A stretch of DNA of 64,000 nt from an uncultured candidatus Brocadiaceae bacterium (lineage in GTDB: Bacteria; Planctomycetota; UBA11346), in contig CAZTGE010000001.1 in assembly GCA_964612995.1 (NCBI GenBank), positions 15,985 through 79,984 of the forward strand, in the 5' to 3' direction. Under the pieces are notes generated by a model. It had not been told where the DNA came from, searched no databases, and worked only from the letters and a program-made list of their open reading frames with translations. Of this stretch, positions 29,564 through 38,868 are shown piece by piece. The position numbers and the translations under genes were made by a program. Numbering within the stretch: the first letter of the stretch is position 1; each line of letters begins with the position of its first letter.

Positions 29564-30168
29564 GTGCGGCCATCGCCGAGATCCTCGATTTCTGGTTCGG
29601 TCGGCTCGATGACGCCGGATTCCCTCTCGACGCGCGCCAGCAGTTGTGGTTCGGCGCGGCCGCCAGCGACGACCGCGTCATCCGCGAGCGTTTCCTCCCC
29701 CTGGTGGTCCGCGCGCTCGGTGGCGGTCTGCACGACTGGTACGCCACCGAGCGCGGTCGGCTGGCCGCGATCCTCTGCTGCGACCAGTTCCCGCGCAGCT
29801 GCTGGCGCGGCCGGGCTCGGGCTTTCGCCGGCGATGCCCTCGCCTGCCGGTTGGCGCGCACGGCCTGCGAGACGGGTCTCGATCGCGCCATGGCACCGAT
29901 CGAACGCACCTTCTGTTACATGCCGTTCCAACACGCCGAATCGCTCACGGTCCAGGAGCTGGGGGTGGACTGTTTCGCTCGCCTGCACGCCGAGGCTCCG
30001 GCCTCACGTCGCGCCGAGACCGCGACCCAACTCGCCTATGCTCGCAACCATCGTGCGCTGATCGCACATTTCGGCCGCTTCCCCCATCGCAACCGCGCCC
30101 TGGGGCGCCGTTCCACCCCAGCGGAGCAACGCTATCTCGCTGGCGAACCCGAACGCTACGGCCAATGA
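29560..30168 (+). CDS. DUF924-family protein
   Basis: ILDFWFG...W and the overall length fit the DUF924 pattern. GTG start overlaps the upstream stop. Confidence 0.7.
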   Translation: MSAAIAEILDFWFGRLDDAGFPLDARQQLWFGAAASDDRVIRERFLPLVVRALGGGLHDWYATERGRLAAILCCDQFPRSCWRGRARAFAGDALACRLARTACETGLDRAMAPIERTFCYMPFQHAESLTVQELGVDCFARLHAEAPASRRAETATQLAYARNHRALIAHFGRFPHRNRALGRRSTPAEQRYLAGEPERYGQ

Positions 30169-31268
30169 AGAGCACTTCTGCGCTACGACGGATCCTGTTG
30201 ATGTGCGCCTGCGCCGTGGTGCCGGCGCAGGCGCTCGACCGTAGTCTGTTCATGCCCCGCCCCCTGCCCTATCGCTTCGGGGCGCAGACCGGCGGAGCGG
30301 CGATGGAGCGCAGCCCGGTCCGCGGCCAGGACGGCTCGTTGCAGCTGAGCGAGACCGAACTGCGCCTCCATGCACCGATCGGCGCCGGACGCCCGGATCA
30401 GCTGACCGTGGGGCTCGCGCTCGACCATCTGGTCGCCGATGGCAACGCACGTTTCCCGGCCACTGCGGAACTGCCGGACCATTTCACCCGAGTGACCGGA
30501 AGCCTGTCGTGGAAGCGCATGCTCCCCGGCGCGCGCTCGTTGACCATCTCGGCCGATTTCGGCTCTGCCAGCGACGAACCGTTCGACTCCAACGACGAAC
30601 TGCTCTATGGCCTCGCGACGGTCGCGGTCCTGCCCGCTTCGGGGCCGGAGCCGGGGCGCACCGCCTGGCTGGTGGGCGCGGTATGGCGCAACGATCTCGA
30701 GGCGCTCGACGGCTGGCCGATCCCCCTGCTGGTCTACAGCACCCGGGTCGGCGGGACGCTGGATCTCAAGCTGGGCATGCCCATGGCCTATGCCACCTGG
30801 CGCCCGCGCGACTCGGTCATTCTCGCCGGCGGATGGCGCTACGGCGCCTTCGGGATGCGGGCCGAGTACCGCCCCCAGCGCTGGCTCGGTCTCGGCGTGC
30901 GGCTGCGCCGCAACGGCTTCTCGGGCTTCCGCGCCGCACGCACAGACGAAGACCTGCGCATCTCCTACAGCGATTACGAAGCTGCGGCCTACAGCGAGGT
31001 CGCATTCGGCCCCGGACGTCAGGCCCAGGTGGCGGTCGGCTGGCGCTTCGATCGCGAGTTCACCGAAGAGCGCATCGATCCGTGGTGGGAGGACAACGAC
31101 GACAACGCGATCGAGGTCGATGGCAGCTGGTTCGCGAGCATGCGATTCGAGTGGACCTTCGGCCTGCGCGCCCGTCGCGGCGGACGTGGCGGACCGCCGC
31201 GAGCGCCGGCCGGTGGCGACGAACCCAAGCCGGTGACGCCAGGCACCGCGCCGGACGCCGAGGGCTGA
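30165..31268 (+). CDS. secreted / outer-membrane-associated hypothetical protein
   Basis: ATG 30165 overlaps the DUF924 stop. Signal peptide MKSTSALRRILLMCACAVVPAQA. Alternating Gly/aromatic beta-strand-like composition. The upstream part of track ORF 29646-31268 is an overlapping frame of the DUF924 gene. Confidence 0.55.
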   Translation: MKSTSALRRILLMCACAVVPAQALDRSLFMPRPLPYRFGAQTGGAAMERSPVRGQDGSLQLSETELRLHAPIGAGRPDQLTVGLALDHLVADGNARFPATAELPDHFTRVTGSLSWKRMLPGARSLTISADFGSASDEPFDSNDELLYGLATVAVLPASGPEPGRTAWLVGAVWRNDLEALDGWPIPLLVYSTRVGGTLDLKLGMPMAYATWRPRDSVILAGGWRYGAFGMRAEYRPQRWLGLGVRLRRNGFSGFRAARTDEDLRISYSDYEAAAYSEVAFGPGRQAQVAVGWRFDREFTEERIDPWWEDNDDNAIEVDGSWFASMRFEWTFGLRARRGGRGGPPRAPAGGDEPKPVTPGTAPDAEG

Positions 31269-31353
31269 AGGGCCGGACGTCGCCCACGGCGCGGCGATGT
31301 CCGTACCCTGTGGCCGGTCTCAAACACGGCTTCAGACTGCGCGAGCAGCGCCG

Positions 31354-31743
31354 CTACAGCGGTTCGTCCTGATCGAGCTCGCAGAGCTCGCAGCACGGCG
31401 GGCGCCGGTCCGGGCGCACGATCGCCAACCACCAGATCAGGCCGGCCGCCGGCAACCCCGCAACCAGGGCCCAGGGAGTGATCACCAGCACCGCGGCCGC
31501 GTTGCCGGCGAGCAGCACCAGCGCCAGCGTGAGGCGCAGGAACTGGCGCCGCAGGCGATGCCGGCGGAGATCCTGCTCGAGTACCGGCCACAGGATGCGG
31601 AACAGGGTGCCGGTTCCCGGGGTGGTGTCGGATTCGCTGCAGCGGTCCGACTCGCTCTCGCCGAACAGGTTGTCCCACTGCCGCTCGCGTTCATAGCGGC
31701 GTGGGCGCCCGGAGAAATACATGCGATCGGATGCCGAACTCAT
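31354..31743 (-). CDS. small hypothetical membrane protein
   Basis: ATG 31743 overlaps the ugpC stop (ATGA). One or two TM helices (LTLALVLLAGNAAAVLVITPWALVAGLPAAGLIWWLAIV). Confidence 0.4.
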   Translation of the reverse strand: MSSASDRMYFSGRPRRYERERQWDNLFGESESDRCSESDTTPGTGTLFRILWPVLEQDLRRHRLRRQFLRLTLALVLLAGNAAAVLVITPWALVAGLPAAGLIWWLAIVRPDRRPPCCELCELDQDEPL

Positions 31744-32921
31744 GACACCTCCGCCGGAACCGGAGCCGTGGCCAGCGAGCACCCGCTGTCATCGAACAGG
31801 TGCAGTTGGGCGGTGTCCACGCCGAGCTCGACCGGCTCGTCGCGGCTGACGCCGAAACGTCCGGGCAGCCGGGTCACCAAGCGCAGATCCTCGCCGGTGT
31901 GCGTATCCTCGCCCTCGAGGTCGGCGACGTGGATCCGCTGCACCGGCACGGGGGCGTAGACCATCTGCTCGTGCCCCAGCGGCTCGACGCCATCTGGAAC
32001 GATACGCAGACGTTGCTCAGCGGGCACCTGATCCGGCGGCACGAAGGCCTCCGGGCGCAGACCGCAGGATACGGTGCCGTCGCAGCGCTGGTCGAGGTCG
32101 GGGAAACGCGCGCGTGCCGATGCGGCGATGGCCACCCGCTGATCGCCGATGATCACGGCGGGGCCCCCGGCGTCGGCGACCAGCCTGGTGCGGAACAGGT
32201 TCATGCTCGGAGAGCCGATGAACGAGGCGACGAAGGTGTTCACCGGCGCGTCGTAGAGCTCCTGCGGCGGAGCCACCTGTTGCAGCAGGCCCTGGCGCAT
32301 CACCGCGACCCGGTCGCCCATGGTCATCGCCTCGATCTGGTCGTGGGTGACGTAGATGGTGGTGGTGTGCGTACGGCGCTGGAGCTGACTGATCTCAGCG
32401 CGCATGCTCACTCGCAGCTTGGCATCGAGATTGGACAGCGGCTCATCCATCAGAAAGGCGACGGGATCGCGGACCAGGGCCCGGCCCATGGCCACGCGTT
32501 GGCGCTGGCCGCCGGAAAGGGCCTTGGGCTTGCGTTCGAGCAGATCGCCGAGCTCGAGCATCTGCGCGACCTTCTCGACCTGCGCCGCGATCGCGGGCCG
32601 CTTCAGCTTGCGCATCTGCAGCGGGAAGGCGAGGTTCTTGCGCACGCTCATGTGGGGATAGAGCGCGTAGTTCTGGAACACCATCGAGACGTTGCGCTGC
32701 TGCGGCTGCAGATCGTTGACCAGCACATCGTCGATGAACAGCTCGCCGCGGGTGATCTCCTCGAGCCCGGCACACATCCGCATCGCCGTGGTCTTGCCAC
32801 AGCCGGATGGGCCGACGATGACCATGAACTCGCCGTCGGCGATCTGCAGGTCGAGATCGCGGACGGCGTGGACCCCGCCGGGATAGACCTTGTTCACGTT
32901 CCTGTATTCTATTGTCGCCAT
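31740..32921 (-). CDS. ugpC: sugar / sn-glycerol-3-phosphate ABC transporter ATP-binding protein (MalK/UgpC family)
   Basis: Walker A GPSGCGKTT, signature LSGGQRQRVAMGRAL, Walker B FLMDEPLSNLD, and the C-terminal regulatory (TOBE-like) domain. Confidence 0.9.
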   Translation of the reverse strand: MATIEYRNVNKVYPGGVHAVRDLDLQIADGEFMVIVGPSGCGKTTAMRMCAGLEEITRGELFIDDVLVNDLQPQQRNVSMVFQNYALYPHMSVRKNLAFPLQMRKLKRPAIAAQVEKVAQMLELGDLLERKPKALSGGQRQRVAMGRALVRDPVAFLMDEPLSNLDAKLRVSMRAEISQLQRRTHTTTIYVTHDQIEAMTMGDRVAVMRQGLLQQVAPPQELYDAPVNTFVASFIGSPSMNLFRTRLVADAGGPAVIIGDQRVAIAASARARFPDLDQRCDGTVSCGLRPEAFVPPDQVPAEQRLRIVPDGVEPLGHEQMVYAPVPVQRIHVADLEGEDTHTGEDLRLVTRLPGRFGVSRDEPVELGVDTAQLHLFDDSGCSLATAPVPAEVS

Positions 32922-32928
32922 CGTCGAT

Positions 32929-34191
32929 TCACCCCTTCACCGCCCCTACGGCGATAGCATTGACGATATAGCGCTGGAGCATGATGAACAGGACCACCAC
33001 AGGGATTACCATCAGCGTGGCCGCGGCGTTGATCCAGTGCCAGAACGATTCGTAGCCCGATTTGAACATGAATACCGCCAACGCCAGCGGCTGGAAGGCG
33101 GGGCGCGACTGCGCGGTGAGCAGCGGGACGAGGAAGTTGTTCCACGCCCCGAGAAAGGCCAGCAAGCCGACGGTCATCACGATCGGCCGGGCCATGGGCA
33201 GAGCGATGGCGAAGAAGGTACGGAAGGGCCCGGCGCCGTCGACAAAAGCCGCCTCCTCGACCTCCTTGGGCAGGGTGAGGAAGAAGCCCGCCATCAGGAA
33301 CGCGTTGCCGATCGAGATGCCGGCCATCCACAGCACCATGCCCCACAGGCTCTCCAGCAGGCCCGCGGCCATGATGAAGCGGAACACCGGGATGATCACC
33401 GCTTCGGTCGGTGCGACCGCGCCGAAGAGCAGCAACGAGAGGATGAGCATCTTGCCGGGGAAGCGCATCCGCGCGAGGGCGAAGCCGAGCATCGAGCTCA
33501 TCAACACCACGATGATCACCACCGCCGAGGTCACGAGGAAGCTAGTCGCGGTGTAGAGCCAGAAGCGCATGTCGCGCCAGACCACGGCGTAGTTCTCGAG
33601 CTGGAACCGGGTACCCGCGAGCAGATCGCGCGCCGCGAGGTCCGCGAGCGCGGTCCGCGCCTGCTCGTGTTTCGCTGCCTCGTCGGCACTGTCGGGGAAC
33701 AGGGTCTCGGCTGCGTCGGCGGGGGTGATGCGGTAGGGGACGAAGGTGTTGTAGATGCAACGACGCTTGATGTCGTCCTTGCGCAGCAACTGCAGGATCT
33801 CGCGCTGGACCGGGCTCAGGCTCGGGTCCGCGGCCTCGCGCTGCGAGCGCTCCGCCGCGATGGCCAGGGACGCGGCCTTGGCCCGCTCGGTCTGCTCCAG
33901 GTCGGCGATGTCGATCGGTTTGCCGCCGGGGCGGAAGGGAGCGAACAGGCTCTCGCGCCGCTGCGGGTGCAGGCCGTACTTGACCGTGGGCACCGCGGTG
34001 TGCTTCTGGGCGGTGCTCTCCTGCGCCGTCTTGGTGCTGGTGCCCATCATCCAGATGAAGGGATAGATGTTTAGCAGGGCGAGGCCCAGCAGCAGCACGT
34101 GCACTGGCAGGCTCCAGCCGCGCCGGCGGAACCAGTTGCCGAAGCGGTTGCCGGCTTCAAGACGGTCGGGGCGGCTCTCACTGCTCATCGG
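32929..34191 (-). CDS. carbohydrate ABC transporter permease (MalG/UgpE-like) with a long extracytoplasmic loop after TM1
   Basis: EAA-loop motif EEAAFVDGAGPFRTFFAIALPMARP and six TM segments. Start at MSSESRPDRLEAG (ATG 34191) inside the longer track ORF. Confidence 0.8.
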   Translation of the reverse strand, partial: PMSSESRPDRLEAGNRFGNWFRRRGWSLPVHVLLLGLALLNIYPFIWMMGTSTKTAQESTAQKHTAVPTVKYGLHPQRRESLFAPFRPGGKPIDIADLEQTERAKAASLAIAAERSQREAADPSLSPVQREILQLLRKDDIKRRCIYNTFVPYRITPADAAETLFPDSADEAAKHEQARTALADLAARDLLAGTRFQLENYAVVWRDMRFWLYTATSFLVTSAVVIIVVLMSSMLGFALARMRFPGKMLILSLLLFGAVAPTEAVIIPVFRFIMAAGLLESLWGMVLWMAGISIGNAFLMAGFFLTLPKEVEEAAFVDGAGPFRTFFAIALPMARPIVMTVGLLAFLGAWNNFLVPLLTAQSRPAFQPLALAVFMFKSGYESFWHWINAAATLMVIPVVVLFIMLQRYIVNAIAVGAVKG

Positions 34192-34766
34192 CCAGCTCCT
34201 GCAGCGGCGTAGCGGCCGCGGATCCGGCGGCCGACGTAGACCATGTTGATCACGATGAAGCCGGCGAGCAGCAGCGCGTAGAGCACGCTCAGGGTCGCGG
34301 CATAGCCGACATCCGGCAGCGCGGTCTCGTTCCACTCGAAGCCGTTCTTGAACACGTAGGTCGAGACGATCTCGGTCCCGCTGTCACCCTTGGTCAGGAT
34401 GTAGACGTTGCCGAAGTGGCGCGCCGCGCCGACGAGCGAGTTGAACAGGATGATCAGCAGGATCGGTGCCAGCTGCGGCAGGGTGATGCGGGTGAAGCGC
34501 TGCCAGGACCCGGCGCCGTCGATGCGTGCCGCCTCGTAGAGATCGCGGGGGATCGACTGCAGCCCCGCGAGGCAGAGGATGGTGTTGTAGGGCAGGCCGT
34601 GCCAGACGCCGACCCCCATCAGGGTGTAGAGCGCGACGTCGGGATCGTTGAGCCAGTTGATCGGCGCGGTGGTCTCACGCAGCCCCAGCATCGCGAGCAG
34701 GTCGTAGACGCCGATCCATTCCAATGCCTGGTTGAGCCCGCTGCCCTCGCCGCCGAGATTTTTTTT
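34185..34766 (-). pseudogene. MalF/UgpA-like permease, C-terminal part (TM3-TM6 with EAA loop). It is separated from its N-terminal part by the adapter-derived insert, so the gene as assembled is disrupted.
   Basis: EAA motif YEAARIDGAGSWQRFTRITLPQLAP. Same reading frame as ORF 34791-37169. The first about 10 codons of the track ORF (MVAVSLKKNL) are translated from the T9 and adapter sequence, not native DNA. Confidence 0.7.
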
Positions 34767-34796
34767 TAATGATACGGCGACCACCGAGATCTACAC
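34759..34796. other. non-native insert: T9 followed by the exact 29-nt Illumina P5 adapter AATGATACGGCGACCACCGAGATCTACAC (34768-34796)
   Basis: Exact match to the P5 flow-cell adapter. It introduces an in-frame TAG (from ATCTACAC) that splits the permease gene. Confidence 0.9.
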
Positions 34797-37067
34797 CACC
34801 ATCGGGATGAAGAACAGGGTGCGGTAGAAACCGATGCCGCGCAGGCCGATGTTCAACAGGCAGCCCATCCCCAGACCGACGGCGACCTCGGCTACGGCGA
34901 CGATCGTCATGTACTGCAGGGTGTTGGGCACCACCTCGCCCCAGAAGGTGTCATCGGCGAAGGCGTGCCGGTACTGGTCCAGCCCGACGAACGACAAGGC
35001 GGTCTGCCCGGTACCCGTGTGGAGCGAGAGATAGAGCTGATAGAGCGCCGGATAGAGCACGAACACGAACAGGGCCAGAACCGCGGGCGCGACGAAGACG
35101 TAGGCATGCCAGTTGCGGCGCGCCGCGCCCGCAAGCCCACGCATCCCACCAGGGGAGCGGCCGACGAAGCGGCGCCAGAGCAGGTAGATCGCGACGGTGG
35201 CCAGGATCAGGCCCGTGAGCGAGAGCAGCAACGGCCAGGCGGGGGGGCGGCTCATGCCCTGGGCCCCACGCAGTTCACCCGGCAAAGCCGCGCGCAAGCT
35301 GGTGATGCGTTCTTCGCCGGCCGGATCACCGGCGTTGATTTGACGGATGTAGAACGACCCAGCGCGCATCGGATCCCAGTCGGGGAACACGAAGCGCTGT
35401 GGATCGCGCGCACCTTGTTCCACCAGCTCGGCCAGATCGGCATTGACCGCCGCCGTGTATTCTTCCAGGCCCTGCGCGAGCCGGCGCAGCAGCCGGTCGA
35501 AGGTCGCCACGTCCTCGCGGGCAGCGGCGTCCTCACTGAAGGTGAGGAACACCTCGCGCATCTGGGTGCGGTGATCCGCGAGATCGCGGATCCGCCGGTG
35601 CGATGGCGGCGCGGGCCAGACCTGGGTCGTCTCGACGTAGTTCCAGGCCTGGATCTGGAAGGGCAGCAGCTGCTCGCGGACCGCCACCCACTGCGGGTCG
35701 TCGCTCTCGAACACCAGATAACCCAGGGTGCGGTTGTCCGGTAGATTGTAGTGCTCGAGCAGCATGGGGATCTGCTTCTGGGGGAAGCGCCAGTGGCTGT
35801 AGAGCCAGTCCCAGGCCGAATCGGGGTACTCGCTGCCGGTGGTGATGCAGGTGATCCGGCTGTTGCCGCCGCCATCGCGGATGTGAGCGCCGCGGTCGAC
35901 CGTGAAACCGAGCATCTGCTCGAGTTCCGCCGCTTCGCCCGCATCGGTGTAGGGCACGGGGATCGCGGCCGAGCCGATCTGCTCCTTGGCCGCCGGGTTC
36001 TTCTGCGCCGCGATCATCGCCGCGTGCCAGCCGTCGATCAACATCGCGGCACGGCCCTGTGACAACAAGGCCCGGCTCTCCTCGTAGTGGCGCTGGGCGG
36101 TCCCCGGGCACAGGCTGCCATCCTGGGCGATGAGCATCAGCAGCTTGAAGGCGCCGCGCATCGCCGCGCCGTGATAGTCGTACGCGCCACGGGCGAAATC
36201 GAAGCCGGTGCTCCCGGCAGTGGCGGCGAGCGGATCGACCGCCCGGGCGAAGAGGTTGGGGTCCTGCCCCTGCATGATCAGGCCGTAGGGCCGGTCCTGG
36301 CTGTCGGCGCCATAGGTCTCGATACCCCAGCGGGTGATCAGCGCGGCGAAACGGCGCATCTCGGCCCAGGTCCGCGGCGGCCGGGCGCGACCCTGGGCGT
36401 CGACCAGCTCGGCGTAGGCGCCGCCGGCGGCTGCCGCCTGCTCGAACAACCGGGCGTTGTAGGTCAGCGCCTTCGCCTTGCCGGGCGGATTGAAGCCGAT
36501 GATCTTGCCGTGCATCGCCAGCAGCCGCACCGCCTCCTCGGCGTGCTCGCCGCGCTCGACCCAGGCGCGGATGCGCGGGTCGTCGGGGTTGGCCTGGAAT
36601 CGGACGATGGCCTGTTCACCGCCATTGAGCCCGAGGATGAAGTCGGGCAGGCCGAGACGCTCGCGGATGCGGTTCTCGCGCGCAACCAGGTCGTCGAGCG
36701 GCCGGATCTGCCCCGCCGCGACCGCATCGGCCAGCTGACTCGGCCAGTAGTCGACGATGTCGGGCGGATCCCCGGCGAGGAAGGAGACGAAGATCACGTC
36801 ATCGCGCGAGGCCGACGAGGCGAAATGGAGGTTGGTCTGCACCGGCTCGATGTCCGGATCGCGCGCGGCCTCGGCGGCGAGGTCGTGGGTGAACCGCCGC
36901 GCGTGCATCAGGTCTTCCTGCGGCGAGCCGCTACTCGACCATTGCGTGACCACGCGCCCGCGAGCTTTGTCCGCGGTGGTCAGCACGCGGGTGATCCCAC
37001 CCCAGAAACTGATCATGGTCGCGATGCCGAGGCCGATGCACAGGAAGGCCCAGGCGCGAGTGGACAT
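34794..37067 (-). CDS. extracellular solute-binding protein (about 600 aa) continuing in frame, with no stop, into the N-terminal part of a MalF-like permease (TM1-TM2, RRNWHAYVFVAPAVLALFVFVLYP)
   Basis: ATG 37067 with GGAG 7 nt upstream. N-terminal anchor MSTRAWAFLCIGLGIATMISFW. Large soluble domain. Then a TM and the typical MalF N-terminus. The reading frame runs uninterrupted until the TAG contributed by the adapter. Confidence 0.55.
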
Positions 37068-37208
37068 ATTGGAGGGCTCCGTGCTGCGGGGAAACGTGCG
37101 GGGAAACGGGGACGCCAGCTTGGTACGCCCAGCGGCGGCCTTCGCTGAGGACAAAGACCGCGTGCGCACGCCAGTGGATCAGCCAGCGCGGCCGTTCGGG
37201 CGACGGCC

Positions 37209-38138
37209 TTGGCAGCGCAGCGAAGGCGGCCACGATCGCGTTGTCCGATCGCGACCCCGCGTCGCACCCCGCCACTGCCGGAGCAAGCCCTGCGACTCCC
37301 CCTCTATCAGGTCGACGCCTTCAGCGCGCGGCGTTTCTCCGGCAATCCGGCTGCGGTGGTCTTGTGCGATGGGGCATTCCCGGCTACAGCGGTGATGCAG
37401 GCGGTGGCGGCTGAGAACAACCTCAGTGAAACCGCCTTCGTGAGCGGACCGGCGGCGGCACGCACGATCCGCTGGTTCACGCCCACGCTCGAGGTCGACC
37501 TCTGCGGCCACGCCACTCTGGCCGCGGCCCACGTGCTGCTGGTCGAGCGCGGCGAACCGGGTCCCCGACTGTCCTTCGCCTCGCGCTCGGGGCCGCTGCA
37601 CGTGAGGCAGGACGGCGCGCAGCTGTGGCTGGACTTCCCCGCCGATCCGCCATTCCCTGCCGCCGACCCGGAGGCGGTCGCCCGCGTGATCGGCGCGCAG
37701 CCCACGGCGGTGCTGCGCGGGCGTGAGGACCTGCTCGCGATCCTCTCCGACGCAGACGCGGTGCGTGCGCTATCACCGGATCCGGCCGCGGTCGCCGCGC
37801 TCGATGCGCGCGGGTTGATCGTCTCCGCGCCGGGCGATGACGGCGTCGACATCGTCTCGCGCTACTTCGCGCCGCAATGCGGCATCCCCGAGGATCCCGT
37901 GACCGGATCCGCCCATACCACCCTCACACCCTACTGGACCGCCCGCCTCGGGCGAACGAACCTGGCCGCGCGCCAGCTCTCACAGCGCGGCGGATCGCTG
38001 ACCTGCCGCCAGACCGGTGAGCGGGTGCACATCGGCGGTCAGGCCGTGACCTACCTCCGCGGCGAGATCGAAACCGCTGTTGCGAGCACGGACGGCCAGG
38101 CGACGACGTCGAAGACCGAGTCGGCTCCACACAACTGA
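37209..38138 (+). CDS. PhzF-family isomerase (phenazine biosynthesis-like protein)
   Basis: LPLYQVDAFSARRFSGNPAAVV matches the PhzF N-terminus. Also has the two-domain DAP-epimerase-like pattern and a C-terminal region with conserved D and G residues. The Arg/Pro-rich first 27 codons may not be translated. Confidence 0.8.
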   Translation: MAAQRRRPRSRCPIATPRRTPPLPEQALRLPLYQVDAFSARRFSGNPAAVVLCDGAFPATAVMQAVAAENNLSETAFVSGPAAARTIRWFTPTLEVDLCGHATLAAAHVLLVERGEPGPRLSFASRSGPLHVRQDGAQLWLDFPADPPFPAADPEAVARVIGAQPTAVLRGREDLLAILSDADAVRALSPDPAAVAALDARGLIVSAPGDDGVDIVSRYFAPQCGIPEDPVTGSAHTTLTPYWTARLGRTNLAARQLSQRGGSLTCRQTGERVHIGGQAVTYLRGEIETAVASTDGQATTSKTESAPHN

Positions 38139-38157
38139 CCGAGGGGCTCACCGCACG

Positions 38158-38598
38158 ATGAACGATCCCATGGTCCGCATCGGCAGCTTCGATGACCTCA
38201 CCCGGGCCAAGATGGCGCAGAACCTGCTCGCGCTCGCGGACATCCCCACCCATCTGGCCAACGAACACGGTGCGCGCTATGCCCATGGCCTGTTGCTGCC
38301 GCAGCAGTGCAGTTACGACCTCTATATCCCCCGCGCGCAGCTGGCCGCGGCCCACGCGATACTTGCGCGCCAGGGGCCGGAGCAAGCGCTGAGGGAAGAC
38401 TGCGCCGTCGGAGAGCTGCCCGAGGACGAACGCTACGACGATGCCGAGGCGCTACGTGATCCCTGCCCCGAGTGCGGCTCGCGTTGCGTCGGCCCGCACT
38501 ATCCGCTCCGACCGCTGGTGATCCTCAGCGGCGGCCTGCTGTTCCCGCTCCTGCTCTATCGTCGGCATCGCTGCCGTGCATGCGGCCATCGGTGGTGA
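38158..38598 (+). CDS. DUF2007-like protein with a C-terminal Cys4 zinc-ribbon and a hydrophobic segment
   Basis: ATG 38158. MVRIGSFDDLTRAKMAQNLLALADIPTHLANE matches the DUF2007 (putative signal-transducing) pattern. C-terminus has CPECG...CRACG. Confidence 0.55.
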   Translation: MNDPMVRIGSFDDLTRAKMAQNLLALADIPTHLANEHGARYAHGLLLPQQCSYDLYIPRAQLAAAHAILARQGPEQALREDCAVGELPEDERYDDAEALRDPCPECGSRCVGPHYPLRPLVILSGGLLFPLLLYRRHRCRACGHRW

Positions 38599-38705
38599 TC
38601 CCGCACATCGGGATCAGCGACAGATCAGACGAGGCCCTCACAGGTCGCAGTGAAGCGCTCGCAAGGCACACATCGCGAGTAGCGGGTCGGCCGACCGAGG
38701 AACGA

Positions 38706-38817
38706 TTTTCGGCGAAAATGGCGCGTAGCGCCGCCGAAAACGCCAGCGCAGCTGGCGAGTGACAACCGAGGCCGTGGGGGTACGCGGCGAAGCCGCGAGG
38801 GGGCAGCGCCCCCTCTG
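38706..38817. repeat. REP-like repeat family A/C element (forward orientation), ending in the hairpin CGAGGGGGCAGCGCCCCCTC
   Basis: About 85% identical to the reverse complement of 1226-1343. It lies in the convergent intergenic region between the DUF2007 gene and nadE. Confidence 0.6.
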
Positions 38818-38868
38818 AGGGGAGCGGCAGATCAGCGATCTGGCAGCGTTCCATCGCGCGCGTCGATC

